64,000 bases of DNA from Porphyromonadaceae bacterium UBA7048 (GTDB lineage Bacteria > Bacteroidota > Bacteroidia > Bacteroidales > Muribaculaceae). Below are positions 47,898 to 57,734 of this stretch, piece after piece. The stretch is from contig DLAL01000047.1 in the NCBI GenBank assembly GCA_002493945.1, forward strand, positions 21,992-85,991. Direction: 5' to 3'. Under the pieces are notes generated by a model. The model made no database searches and had not been told where the DNA came from. It saw only the letters and a list, made by a program, of their open reading frames with translations. A program made the position numbers and the translations under genes. Within the stretch, counting starts at the first letter, position 1; each line of letters starts with the position of its first letter.

Positions 47898-50486
47898 ATG
47901 CTTGAAGAAGATCGTATATTCAAGATCAACATCGAGAACGAGATGAAAACGTCCTACATCGACTATTCAATGTCGGTGATAGTGTCTCGCGCCCTTCCTG
48001 ACGTACGCGACGGTATGAAACCCGTCCACCGCCGCGTGCTCTTCGGAATGAATGAGATGGGCAATAACAGTAATAAACCCCACAAGAAATCGGCCAACTG
48101 CGTGGGCGAGGTCATGGGTAAATATCACCCGCACGGCGACTCGTCCATCTACGGCACGGTGTGCCGCATGGCTCAGTGGTGGTCGCTCAGGCACACGCTT
48201 GTCGACGGACACGGCAACTTCGGCTCGATTGACGGCGACTCACCTGCCGCAATGCGATATACCGAAGTACGCCTCGATCCCCTCGGCGAAGAAATGCTTC
48301 GCGATATTGACGAAGACACAGTCGATTTTCAGCCCAACTACGATAATTCGCGCAAAGAACCTGTAGTCCTTCCCACCCGTTTCCCCAATCTGCTCGTCAA
48401 CGGAGCATCGGGTATCGCCGTGGGTATGGCTACAAATATGCCTCCCCACAACCTCAAGGAGTCAATCGACGCCTGCATAGCGCTGCTTGACAATCCCGAG
48501 ATGACTGTGGCCGAACTGTCGAAGCACGTTCTCGCTCCCGACTTCCCCACCGGCGGCATCATATACGGATATGAAGGTGTCCGCGAAGCCTATGAGACCG
48601 GCCGCGGCCGTATCGTCATACGTGCTAAGGCTGAAATAGAGCAGAAGCATGACCACGAACTCATCGTCATCACCGAAATCCCTTATGGCGTGAACCGCGC
48701 CGAGCTTATCAAAAGCATCGCCGAACTCGTCATAGACAAGAAAATCGACGGTATAGCCAATGTCAACGACGAGAGCGACCGCGACGGTATGCGCGTGGTA
48801 GTGACCCTGCGGTCTGACGCGAACGCCAACGTAGTGCTCAACAAGCTCTACAAGCTCACGGCCATGCAGTCGTCTTTCAGCGTCAACAACGTGGCCCTTG
48901 TCAACGGACGTCCGCGCACGCTCACGCTGAAGGAGATAATCCAGGCATTCAACGACCATCGCCGCGAAGTGGTGACGCGCCGCACACAGTTCGAGCTCAA
49001 CAAGGCACGCAACCGCATACATATCCTCGAAGGTCTGATGATAGCCGTGCAGAACATTGACGAAGTTATCGCCATCATCAAGGCTTCGAAGACCACGGAG
49101 GACGCCAAGAATTCGCTTGCAGCGCGCTTCGGCCTGTCCGAACCGCAGACGCAGGCCATCGTGAACATGCAGCTCAAGGCTCTTACGAACCTTGCCATCG
49201 AGCAGCTCCAGCATGACATCGACGAACTTCACCGCCAGATTGAGGAACTTGAGCTCATCCTGAACGATGAAAACGTCATGCGCGAACTCATCAAGAGCGA
49301 ACTCCGCGAAGTCGGCGACAAGTACGGCGACGCACGCCGCACACAGATTACATATGCCGCAGGCGAATTCAACGCCGAGGACTTCTATGCTGACGACGAC
49401 ATGATTATCACCATATCTCATATGGGATACATCAAACGTACGCCGCTGGCCGAATTCCGTGTGCAGAACCGTGGCGGCGTAGGCGCACGCGGCTCTGTGA
49501 CCCGCGACAAAGACTTCATCGAGCACATCTACACGGCTTCGATGCATGACTATATGCTCTTCTTCACCGACCGCGGTCTGGTGTACAAGATGCGCGTGTA
49601 CGAGCTTCCCGAAGGCTCCAAGCAGAACAAGGGCCGCGCGCTCCAGAATCTGCTTAACATAGAGCCGGGCGACAGCGTCAATGCATTCATCAGCTGCCGC
49701 AACCTTGACGATACGGAGTACACCTCGCAGCACTACCTCGTATTCGCCACGCGCAATGGTCTGATCAAGAAGACCGTACTCAGCGAGTACGCACGTGTGA
49801 TGGCCAAGGGCAAGAAGGCTATCCTCATCCGCGAAGGCGATTCGCTCGTGGGCGTCGAACTCACCGACGGCAACAGCGAGATACTGATGGCCAACCGTCA
49901 TGGCCGAGCCATCCGCTTCCATGAATCCGAACTCCGTTCGATGGGACGTGTCAGCTCGGGTGTGCGCGGCATGCGTCTCGACGAAGACGGTCACGACGAA
50001 GTCGTAGGACTTGTGGTGATGAACGAGAACACCGATAACTCCGTACTCGTCCTCTCGCAGAAGGGCTTCGGCAAACGTTCGCAGCTTGACGGCTACCGCA
50101 AGACGCGCCGCGGCGCACGTGGCGTCAAGACCATGAACATCAGCGACCGCACCGGCGAACTCGTGGCATTCAAGAGTGTCAATGACGACAACGACCTGAT
50201 GATCATCAACAAATCAGGCGTAGTCATCCGCGTACATGTGAGCGACATCCGTGTCATGGGCCGCGCCACACAGGGCGTGCGCATCATCAATCTCGAGAAG
50301 CGCAACGACACCATCGCTTCGGTATGCTGCGTCGACGCAGACCCCGAGGAGGAAGTCGAGCAGATAGCACCCGATGCCGAGGAACTTCCCGAACTCACCA
50401 TTGATGACGAAATCGAAGAAACCGACGAAGAAATCATTGAGGACGAGTCCGAAACCGAAGCAGACGACACCGATTCGGATAACTGA
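47898..50486 (+). CDS. gyrA: DNA gyrase subunit A
   Basis: 862 aa with [41 protein letters not shown] and the AAMRYTE active-site Tyr region. It has beta-pinwheel repeats and an acidic tail. Confidence 0.95.
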   Translation: MLEEDRIFKINIENEMKTSYIDYSMSVIVSRALPDVRDGMKPVHRRVLFGMNEMGNNSNKPHKKSANCVGEVMGKYHPHGDSSIYGTVCRMAQWWSLRHTLVDGHGNFGSIDGDSPAAMRYTEVRLDPLGEEMLRDIDEDTVDFQPNYDNSRKEPVVLPTRFPNLLVNGASGIAVGMATNMPPHNLKESIDACIALLDNPEMTVAELSKHVLAPDFPTGGIIYGYEGVREAYETGRGRIVIRAKAEIEQKHDHELIVITEIPYGVNRAELIKSIAELVIDKKIDGIANVNDESDRDGMRVVVTLRSDANANVVLNKLYKLTAMQSSFSVNNVALVNGRPRTLTLKEIIQAFNDHRREVVTRRTQFELNKARNRIHILEGLMIAVQNIDEVIAIIKASKTTEDAKNSLAARFGLSEPQTQAIVNMQLKALTNLAIEQLQHDIDELHRQIEELELILNDENVMRELIKSELREVGDKYGDARRTQITYAAGEFNAEDFYADDDMIITISHMGYIKRTPLAEFRVQNRGGVGARGSVTRDKDFIEHIYTASMHDYMLFFTDRGLVYKMRVYELPEGSKQNKGRALQNLLNIEPGDSVNAFISCRNLDDTEYTSQHYLVFATRNGLIKKTVLSEYARVMAKGKKAILIREGDSLVGVELTDGNSEILMANRHGRAIRFHESELRSMGRVSSGVRGMRLDEDGHDEVVGLVVMNENTDNSVLVLSQKGFGKRSQLDGYRKTRRGARGVKTMNISDRTGELVAFKSVNDDNDLMIINKSGVVIRVHVSDIRVMGRATQGVRIINLEKRNDTIASVCCVDADPEEEVEQIAPDAEELPELTIDDEIEETDEEIIEDESETEADDTDSDN

Positions 50487-50594
50487 TTAAACAAACAGGG
50501 TAACCGGCCCGTTAAACTTTCGGACCGGTCGCCCGTCATTATTGATAATTGATAATAATTGATAATAACGACTTAAACTAATAACTACTGGAAG

Positions 50595-51833
50595 ATGAAG
50601 AAATTCTCTTTACTGGCACTCGCCATTGTATCGGCTTTCAGTCTCAGCGCACAGATGTCTGTGGTGAAGGAAGCCGAACGCGCCATGAAAGGCAGCAAAG
50701 GAGCCGGAGAAGTGATTCAGATCATGACTCCCGCTTTCAATAACCCCGAGACCCAGGGTCTGGCTCAGACCTGGTACATCCCCGGCAAGGCTTCGTTCAA
50801 CGAATTCGACCACATGCTCGGTCTGAAGCAGTTCAACAAGCTCGGTGCCGACGGCCCCCAGAAGATGGGCAAGCTCCTCGTTCAGGGCTATGAGTACTTC
50901 ACCAAGGCATTTCCTCTCGACTCTGTCGCTGACGCCAAGGGCAAAGTGAAGCCCAAATACTCCAAGGATATGGTGGGCACCCTCGCCGGCCACTTCTCGG
51001 ACTACTCCAATGCAGGTGTCGACCTCTACAACGCCAAGGACTACGTGGGCGCTTATGAGGCCTGGAATATCTTCTGCGCGCTTCCTGATAATCCCGCAGT
51101 CAAAGAAGCTCTCCGCAAGAACGGCTCCCTTCCTCACGACTCCATTTTCGGTGAAATCGCCTTCAATCAGGCCCTTGCAGCATGGCAGGCTGAAAAGCTC
51201 GAAGAAGCACTCGCCGCTTTCCGCAAAGCCAAAAACTTCGGCTACAACAAAAAACAGCTCTACGATTATGCTATCGGCGTAGCCACGGGTCTCAAGAATC
51301 AGGAAGCCATCCTCGAACTTGCTGAAGAAGCGCTTCCTCTCTATGGCAAGGAAGACCCCATGTATATGGGACAGATAGTGAACTACTATCTCCAGAACAA
51401 GCAGTTCGACAAAGCAAACTCCGTCATCGACGCAGCTATCGCTCAGGAGCCCGGAAATGCCCAGTACTACGTCATCAAAGGCGTACTCTATGAGAACTCC
51501 GAAGATCCAGCAACGAAGGCTCTGGCCAAGGATACATACAAGAAGGCTATGGAACTTGACCCGACGAATGCCCAGGCTGTGTACAACTATGGCCGACAGA
51601 TCTGCGAAGAGGCATACAAACTCAGCGATGCAGCTCCCTCGCGTCAGGAGGAATACAATGTGTACTACACTGAGAAAATCAAACCTCTCTTCGAGCAGGC
51701 AGCCGGCGTTCTCGAACAGGCTTATCAGCTTGACCCTGACAACTCCGACGTTCTCAAATTCCTTGAAAACGTTTACTACAACCTGAACGACGAGAAGATG
51801 CTCAACGACGTGAAGAAACGCATGACGTATTGA
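50595..51833 (+). CDS. Secreted tetratricopeptide-repeat protein
   Basis: 412 aa with signal peptide MKKFSLLALAIVSAFSLSAQ and repeated A/Y/L TPR-like helices (ALAAFRKAKNFGY, YKKAMELDPTNAQAVYNYG). Confidence 0.8.
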   Translation: MKKFSLLALAIVSAFSLSAQMSVVKEAERAMKGSKGAGEVIQIMTPAFNNPETQGLAQTWYIPGKASFNEFDHMLGLKQFNKLGADGPQKMGKLLVQGYEYFTKAFPLDSVADAKGKVKPKYSKDMVGTLAGHFSDYSNAGVDLYNAKDYVGAYEAWNIFCALPDNPAVKEALRKNGSLPHDSIFGEIAFNQALAAWQAEKLEEALAAFRKAKNFGYNKKQLYDYAIGVATGLKNQEAILELAEEALPLYGKEDPMYMGQIVNYYLQNKQFDKANSVIDAAIAQEPGNAQYYVIKGVLYENSEDPATKALAKDTYKKAMELDPTNAQAVYNYGRQICEEAYKLSDAAPSRQEEYNVYYTEKIKPLFEQAAGVLEQAYQLDPDNSDVLKFLENVYYNLNDEKMLNDVKKRMTY

Positions 51834-51863
51834 TTGTCTGACCGACATACAGAACGAAAAACG

Positions 51864-51900
51864 GCACGGTGCCCCGACTCTCGGGATACCGTGCTTTTTT
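51864..51900 (+). terminator. Rho-independent terminator after TPR gene
   Basis: GCACGGT(GCCCCGACTCTCGGGAT)ACCGTGC with an inner CCCGA/TCGGG stem, followed by TTTTTT. Confidence 0.6.
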
Positions 51901-51984
51901 CATATCCGCGCGAACACCCAACTCTTGAAAGCGTTTAACCTAAGAAATCAGAATGATTCCGAATATTAAACGTATCTGAAAGAA

Positions 51985-52470
51985 ATGAAGAAAACTGTAA
52001 TCGCAACAATTGTTGCTTTGGCTTGTGCCGGAACAGCTTCCGCCTTTATCGACAGCTATGTGATAAAGCGAGACAAACTGCCCGAAGAAGCGCAGGAAAT
52101 GCTTGAGACATATTTCCCGAAGGCCAAAGTGAGTCTTATCAAAATCGACAGACACCTGCTCAAGAAGACGGACTACGACGTGAAAATGACCAACGGCACG
52201 CTCATCGAGTTCTCGAATTCGGGCAAGTGGAAAGTGGTGGACTGCGGTAAACGTGAGGTCCCTGAAGAGCTTGTTCCGAAAGCCATCCGTCGGTGGCTGA
52301 ATAAGAACGAGCCCGATCTGAAGGTGAACATGGTACAGAAGAAGACCGCGTCGTGGCTGATACGGCTCTCCGACGGCACTGTCCGCAAATTCGACCTGCT
52401 GGGCACATATAAAGGTATCCAGACAGCTGATGAGGCGGCGGAAGCCGAAGAGGCTGAAGAAGAGTCGTAA
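51985..52470 (+). CDS. PepSY-like (DUF2874-type) periplasmic protein
   Basis: 161 aa with a signal peptide and two LP.EA..fl...FP.A.v repeats (KLPEEAQEMLETYFPKAKV, ELVPKAIRRWLNKNEPDLKV). It ends in an acidic tail. Confidence 0.65.
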   Translation: MKKTVIATIVALACAGTASAFIDSYVIKRDKLPEEAQEMLETYFPKAKVSLIKIDRHLLKKTDYDVKMTNGTLIEFSNSGKWKVVDCGKREVPEELVPKAIRRWLNKNEPDLKVNMVQKKTASWLIRLSDGTVRKFDLLGTYKGIQTADEAAEAEEAEEES

Positions 52471-52530
52471 ATATCGTTAAAATCACAGAGACGTTACGGC
52501 GGCATCCGGAGTTTTGTGCTTGAAAATTAT

Positions 52531-52538
52531 TAACTTTG
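52531..52538 (+). promoter_or_regulatory. -7 box TAACTTTG upstream of the T9SS-substrate gene
   Basis: Exact TAnnTTTG match. Its position suggests the CDS really starts at the second Met (52568, MKDAAIFALCALTG). Confidence 0.45.
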
Positions 52539-52552
52539 TATGTTAAACCAAT

Positions 52553-53914
52553 TTGAAAAAGCAACAGATGAAAGATGCCGCCATATTCGCATTATGCGCA
52601 TTGACAGGACTGCAGGCAGTCGCTGTCGGTTTCGAGGGAGTGCCGGACACTCCTGTGACGGTCAAGGCCGATGCCTCGACCGGACTGGAAGCAGTCTACG
52701 TGCTTTCGTCGACCGTCGGCGTCACTATGGTATACGAGTCTGCCGGACAGAATGATGATGTCAGGTGGTATCGGTTCAGCAACCTCGGAGGCGCCTATGC
52801 CGAAGAAATAGCCGCTGTCCGTCAGGGTTCTCGGGTGACCGCACAGGCTTCGGACGGCGATATGGGCTACATCATAGAGGAGGGGAGCCGCCGCACCTGC
52901 TACTGGGTGTGCGACTACTCACGTCACACGCTTGACCTTGGGACTCTCGTCCCGGCATCCGAACAGAACTGCGGCACCGCCGTGCTCGAATTCACCGGCT
53001 CGGCCGGTGAGATTCCGTTCTATACAATAAACGGGCGCCGCCAGACCATCTCGCGCGAGCTCGAACTGGAGTACACGAGCCTTCAGTTCGATGAAGAGAC
53101 GTTCGTGTACAACACATCGGCCGAGACGCACGGATTCGAATCCGTAGGCTCCATGCTCAATGTCACGGCTCCGCTGTGCGATACATCTTTCCGCCTGTCG
53201 GGCGACCGCTTCCTGAGCGCATGGGGACGAGGGCAGAGCATCGACTCTCCGTCGATGACCGCCACCACCGTCGAGGCACATACGCGTGCCACTCAGCAGC
53301 AGCGCGAAGTAGACAACGAGCAGTCGTCCGACGCCGGCGGCGAGTCGACGCTCGGCGGTTCGGCTCCCTGCGAGATCACATTCGAGGCAGCCGTGACCGA
53401 CGCCGCTGTCTATCACGAATGGCAGATTTCCCGCGACCCCGAATTCGGCATCAACGAGAATACATTCTCCGAACTGACATTTGACTACACATTCCGCGAG
53501 AACGGCACGACATACGTCCGCTTCGTGGCCAATAACGCAGAAGGCACATGCGAATACGTCGGAAATACATTCGAGGTATTCATCGGTGAATCGAAACTCG
53601 AGATTCCCAATGCTTTCTCGCCTGAAGGTTCGCCCGGCGTGAACGACGAGTGGAAAGTCAGCTACCGCTCGATAGTGTCATTCGAATGTTCGATATTCAA
53701 CCGCTGGGGCACGCTGCTGTTCTCCACTTCCGACCCCTCACAGGGCTGGGACGGCAAGCACGGCGGCAAGTATGTGCCGGCCGGCGTCTACTTCTATGTC
53801 ATCAAGGCCAGGGGCGCCGACGGCGTCGAGTACAACAAGGCCGGCGACATCAACATCATCAAATTCAAACAGGGCACCTCCTCGGGAGGCTCCGCCACAA
53901 CTCCGACAGAATGA
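52553..53914 (+). CDS. Secreted protein with T9SS type-B (gliding-motility-associated CHU_C) sorting domain
   Basis: The C-terminus is IPNAFSPEGSPGVNDEWKV..FECSIFNRWGTLLFSTSDPSQGWDGKHGGKYVPAGVYFYVIKARGADGVEYNKAGDINIIK. The N-terminal region belongs to no family I recognise. Confidence 0.8.
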   Translation: MKKQQMKDAAIFALCALTGLQAVAVGFEGVPDTPVTVKADASTGLEAVYVLSSTVGVTMVYESAGQNDDVRWYRFSNLGGAYAEEIAAVRQGSRVTAQASDGDMGYIIEEGSRRTCYWVCDYSRHTLDLGTLVPASEQNCGTAVLEFTGSAGEIPFYTINGRRQTISRELELEYTSLQFDEETFVYNTSAETHGFESVGSMLNVTAPLCDTSFRLSGDRFLSAWGRGQSIDSPSMTATTVEAHTRATQQQREVDNEQSSDAGGESTLGGSAPCEITFEAAVTDAAVYHEWQISRDPEFGINENTFSELTFDYTFRENGTTYVRFVANNAEGTCEYVGNTFEVFIGESKLEIPNAFSPEGSPGVNDEWKVSYRSIVSFECSIFNRWGTLLFSTSDPSQGWDGKHGGKYVPAGVYFYVIKARGADGVEYNKAGDINIIKFKQGTSSGGSATTPTE

Positions 53915-54849
53915 ACAGAATACTCATAGCATCCGTACTCGTCGCAGCAGCGACATGCCTTTCAGTCTCGGCGCAGCATCCGCGCACAGCCGCCTTCGCA
54001 CAGGTCTATTCGCCGTCCATTCCCACTTCGGTGAGCCTCTGCGGCGAGAAGATTGACCTTGACCGCTCGGACATGTACGAGGCATTCGACCGTGAGCTGA
54101 CCTCGATAATCTACACCCACGGCACAACCATGCTCATACTGAAGCGCGCCAACCGCTACTTTCCCGAGCTCGAACCGATACTGAGGAAGAACGGCGTTCC
54201 CACCGACCTCCTCTATCTGGCGTGCGTCGAGTCGTCGCTCAATCCGCGCGCCTATTCCGGCGCCAAGGCCGCAGGCTTCTGGCAGTTCATCGCGTCTGCC
54301 GCCAAGGAATACGGTCTTGAAGTGAATGACGAAGTGGACGAGCGCTACAACATCGAAAAAGCCACGGCTGCCGCCTGCCGCTATCTGAAGAAGGCGTATG
54401 CCAAGTACGGCGACTGGGCTTCGGCCATGGCGTCGTACAACGGCGGTATGACCCGTATAAGCAAAGCCCTCGACGCCCAGGGAGCCGATACGTCGCTTGA
54501 CCTCTATCTCGCTGAAGAGACCACGCGCTATCCCTACCGTGTCATGGCGATGAAAGCCGTGCTCGAGAATCCCGGCGCATATGGCTACAAGCTGCGTGCC
54601 GACCAGCTGTATCAGCCCCGTGAATATACGACGGCCGACGTCAGCGGACCCGTAGAGTCGTGGGCCGACTGGGCTGCCGAGCACGGCACGACCTATGCGC
54701 AGCTTCGCGATGCCAATCCCTGGATACGCTCGCTGAAACTTACCAACAAGACCGGCAAGACCTACAAGGTGCGCATCCCTAAGCCGGAGTCGCTCAGCCG
54801 CAGCAAGGCCGGATTCAAAACCTATAACGGCGAATGGATAAGCAAGTGA
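53911..54849 (+). CDS. MltD-like lytic transglycosylase (SLT domain)
   Basis: Start chosen at MNRILIASVLVAAATCLSVSAQ (ATGA overlap with the upstream stop). The track ORF from 53650 is an out-of-gene extension. SLT block: YLACVESSLNPRAYSGAKAAGFWQFIASAAKEYGL..ASYNGG. Confidence 0.85.
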   Translation: MNRILIASVLVAAATCLSVSAQHPRTAAFAQVYSPSIPTSVSLCGEKIDLDRSDMYEAFDRELTSIIYTHGTTMLILKRANRYFPELEPILRKNGVPTDLLYLACVESSLNPRAYSGAKAAGFWQFIASAAKEYGLEVNDEVDERYNIEKATAAACRYLKKAYAKYGDWASAMASYNGGMTRISKALDAQGADTSLDLYLAEETTRYPYRVMAMKAVLENPGAYGYKLRADQLYQPREYTTADVSGPVESWADWAAEHGTTYAQLRDANPWIRSLKLTNKTGKTYKVRIPKPESLSRSKAGFKTYNGEWISK

Positions 54850-57701
54850 ATACCGCGGAGCACATAGCCGACGACGGCACTTCGGGACGCATCGTCGTCA
54901 CCGGTGCGCGCGTGAACAATCTCCGCGACATCGACGTGGAGATTCCTCACGACAGTCTGACTGTCATCACCGGCCTCTCGGGGTCGGGCAAGTCGTCGCT
55001 GGCTTTCGACACCATCTTCGCCGAAGGGCAGCGACGCTATATCGAGACCTTCTCGGCCTATGCGCGCAATATGCTCGGCAATCTCGAGCGACCCGATGTC
55101 GACAGCATCACGGGCCTTTGCCCGGTCATCGCCATCGAGCAGAAGACTATCAACCGCAATCCCCGAAGCACCATCGGAACGACTACGGAAATCTACGACT
55201 TCCTGCGTCTGCTCTATGCACGCATCGGCAAAGCCCGGAGCTATCTGTCGGGGCAGGAGATGGTGAAGTATACGGACGAGAAGATTGTCAGTCTGATTCA
55301 GGAGAAATACGACGGCCGGAAAATATACATACTCGCGCCGCTTGTGAAGAACCGCAAGGGCCACTACAAGGAACTCTTCGAGAATCTCGTCAAGAAGGGC
55401 TACCTGAACGTGCGCGTTGACGGACAGCTCAGGGAGATAAGCCGCGGCATGAAACTCGACCGCTACCGCCAGCACAACGTCGAACTCGTCATAGACCGCC
55501 TGAAGGTGAACGTCAAGGACGGCGAGCGTCTGCTGGCCTCGGTCGAGACCGCCCTCGTGCAAGGTGACAAGGAACTGATGGTCTACGATGTCGAGGCCGA
55601 TGAGGTGGCTTACTACAGTCAGGAACTGATGGATCCGGCCACGGGCATATCATACCACGATCCGGCACCCCACAATTTCTCCTTCAATTCGCCGCAGGGC
55701 GCATGTCCGCGATGCAAGGGTCTCGGATACGTCAACATCATCGACCGAGCCAAGATAGTGCCCGACGAGAATCTGTCGATACATGCCGGAGCCATTGTGC
55801 CGCTCGGCAAGTACCGCGACAACGTGATATTCATGCAGATACGGGCCATACTCGAGGCTGCCGGATTCACGCTCAAGACTCCGTTCAAGGATCTCAGTGA
55901 TGAAGTTGTCGACGATATATTCAATGGCACGCCTTCCGTGCCGCATCTCGAAGGGTCGACGGTGTCGGCTTCGGATTATTTCCGCAGTTTCGACGGTATC
56001 ATAAAGTCGATAGAGACCATGACCGAGGAAGATGCCGGCTATCAGGCCCGCAAGTGGTCCGGCCAGTTTTTCACCCGGTGCACGTGCCCGGAGTGCAATG
56101 GCGCCCGTCTCAACCGCGAGGCGCTGCATTTCTTCGTCGACGGCAAGAACATATCCGAGCTGTCGTCGCTCGACATCGCGCAGCTCTCGCATTGGGCCGA
56201 CGCGGTCAGTGACCGGCTCGATGACCGCGACCGCCGCATAGCTGCCGAAATCATCAAGGAAATCGCCGTAAGGCTTCACTTCCTCGTGGATGTCGGACTC
56301 GACTATCTCCAGCTCAACCGCAATTCTGCGACTCTGTCGGGCGGCGAGAGCCAGCGCATCAGGCTCGCCACACAGCTTGGTTCGGAACTTGTCAATGTCC
56401 TCTATATCCTCGACGAGCCTTCGATAGGACTCCACCAGCGCGACAACCACCGTCTCATCTCCTCGCTCGAGCGTCTGCGCGATGCATCGAACACCGTGGT
56501 GGTGGTCGAGCACGACAAGGACATAATGCTCAAGGCCGACTACATCATAGACATCGGTCCCGGCGCAGGCCGCAAGGGTGGCAGGGTAGTCTTCCAGGGT
56601 ACTCCGGAGGAGATGCTCCGCACCGACACCGTGACGGCACGATACCTAAACGGCACCGAGGCCATCAGTACGCCCGAGATGCGCCGTAAAGGCAACGGCA
56701 AGAAGCTCGTGGTGCGCGGTGCCACGGGACACAACCTGAAGGAGGTCGACTTCGAGCTGCCGCTGGGAACGCTGACCGTAGTGGCCGGCGTGTCGGGCAG
56801 CGGCAAGTCGTCGCTCGTCAATGGTACGCTCCAGCCCATACTCTCGCAGCATTTCTACCGCAGCAATACCGAGCCGTTGCCGTACCGGGCCATCGAGGGC
56901 CTCGAGAACATCGACAAGGTGGTCACCGTCGACCAGTCGCCTCTGGGCCGCACGCCGCGCTCCAACCCGGCCACGTACACGGGAGTATTCACGGACATCC
57001 GCAACCTCTTCGTGAGCCTGCCGGAAGCCAAAATCCGCGGATACAAGCCCGGCCGCTTCTCCTTCAACACCGCCGGCGGACGTTGCGAGGTGTGCAAGGG
57101 CAACGGCTACAAGACTATAGAAATGAACTTCCTGCCAGATGTGCTCATCCCATGCGAGGAGTGTCATGGCAAGCGCTATAACCGCGAGACCCTCGAAGTG
57201 CGCTTCAAGGGCAAGTCGATAGCCGATGTGCTCGACATGACCATCAATCAGGCAGTCGAGTTCTTCGCCAATGTTCCGTCGATATACCGCAAAATCAAGG
57301 TGCTTCAGGACATCGGACTTGGATACATCAAACTCGGACAGCCGTCGTCGACGCTGTCGGGCGGCGAGAACCAGCGCGTGAAACTCGCCACCGAGCTCGC
57401 GCGCCGCGATACGGGCAAGACTCTCTTCATCCTCGACGAGCCCACCACAGGCCTTCACTTTGATGACATACGCACACTGCTCGGCATCCTGGAGCGGCTC
57501 GTCGACCGCGGCAACACGGTCCTTGTCATAGAGCACAATCTCGACATCATCCGCATGGCCGACTATCTCGTCGATATGGGTCCGGACGGAGGCTCCGGAG
57601 GCGGCCGCATCATCGCCAGCGGCACTCCCGAGAAGGTCGCCGCTACGGATTCGCCCACGGCGCCGTTCCTGCGCGATGAAGGCATCACACCGACACACTG
57701 A
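54834..57701 (+). CDS. uvrA: Excinuclease ABC subunit A
   Basis: 955 aa with TGLSGSGKSSLAFDTIFAEGQRRY, Zn modules (CPRCKGLG, CEVCKGNGY..CEECHGKRY), two LSGGE signatures and VVVEHD/VIEHN. Confidence 0.95.
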   Translation: MDKQVNTAEHIADDGTSGRIVVTGARVNNLRDIDVEIPHDSLTVITGLSGSGKSSLAFDTIFAEGQRRYIETFSAYARNMLGNLERPDVDSITGLCPVIAIEQKTINRNPRSTIGTTTEIYDFLRLLYARIGKARSYLSGQEMVKYTDEKIVSLIQEKYDGRKIYILAPLVKNRKGHYKELFENLVKKGYLNVRVDGQLREISRGMKLDRYRQHNVELVIDRLKVNVKDGERLLASVETALVQGDKELMVYDVEADEVAYYSQELMDPATGISYHDPAPHNFSFNSPQGACPRCKGLGYVNIIDRAKIVPDENLSIHAGAIVPLGKYRDNVIFMQIRAILEAAGFTLKTPFKDLSDEVVDDIFNGTPSVPHLEGSTVSASDYFRSFDGIIKSIETMTEEDAGYQARKWSGQFFTRCTCPECNGARLNREALHFFVDGKNISELSSLDIAQLSHWADAVSDRLDDRDRRIAAEIIKEIAVRLHFLVDVGLDYLQLNRNSATLSGGESQRIRLATQLGSELVNVLYILDEPSIGLHQRDNHRLISSLERLRDASNTVVVVEHDKDIMLKADYIIDIGPGAGRKGGRVVFQGTPEEMLRTDTVTARYLNGTEAISTPEMRRKGNGKKLVVRGATGHNLKEVDFELPLGTLTVVAGVSGSGKSSLVNGTLQPILSQHFYRSNTEPLPYRAIEGLENIDKVVTVDQSPLGRTPRSNPATYTGVFTDIRNLFVSLPEAKIRGYKPGRFSFNTAGGRCEVCKGNGYKTIEMNFLPDVLIPCEECHGKRYNRETLEVRFKGKSIADVLDMTINQAVEFFANVPSIYRKIKVLQDIGLGYIKLGQPSSTLSGGENQRVKLATELARRDTGKTLFILDEPTTGLHFDDIRTLLGILERLVDRGNTVLVIEHNLDIIRMADYLVDMGPDGGSGGGRIIASGTPEKVAATDSPTAPFLRDEGITPTH

Positions 57702-57734
57702 CTATTATCATCATACTTACAATCAGAATTACAA

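Noticed and set aside
50610-51848. 412-aa minus-strand ORF that mirrors the 412-aa plus-strand TPR gene almost end to end.
   Set aside because: It is striking, but the plus-strand product has a signal peptide and TPR-like repeats and is followed by a proper terminator. The minus-strand product is a V/F/L/E-rich string without signal or motifs, and no promoter box precedes it. I treat it as an antisense artefact.
53650-53910. N-terminal extension of the SLT gene ORF (track start 53650).
   Set aside because: It lies out of frame inside the 3' end of the T9SS cargo gene. The Met at 53911 is followed by a canonical signal peptide and forms an ATGA junction.
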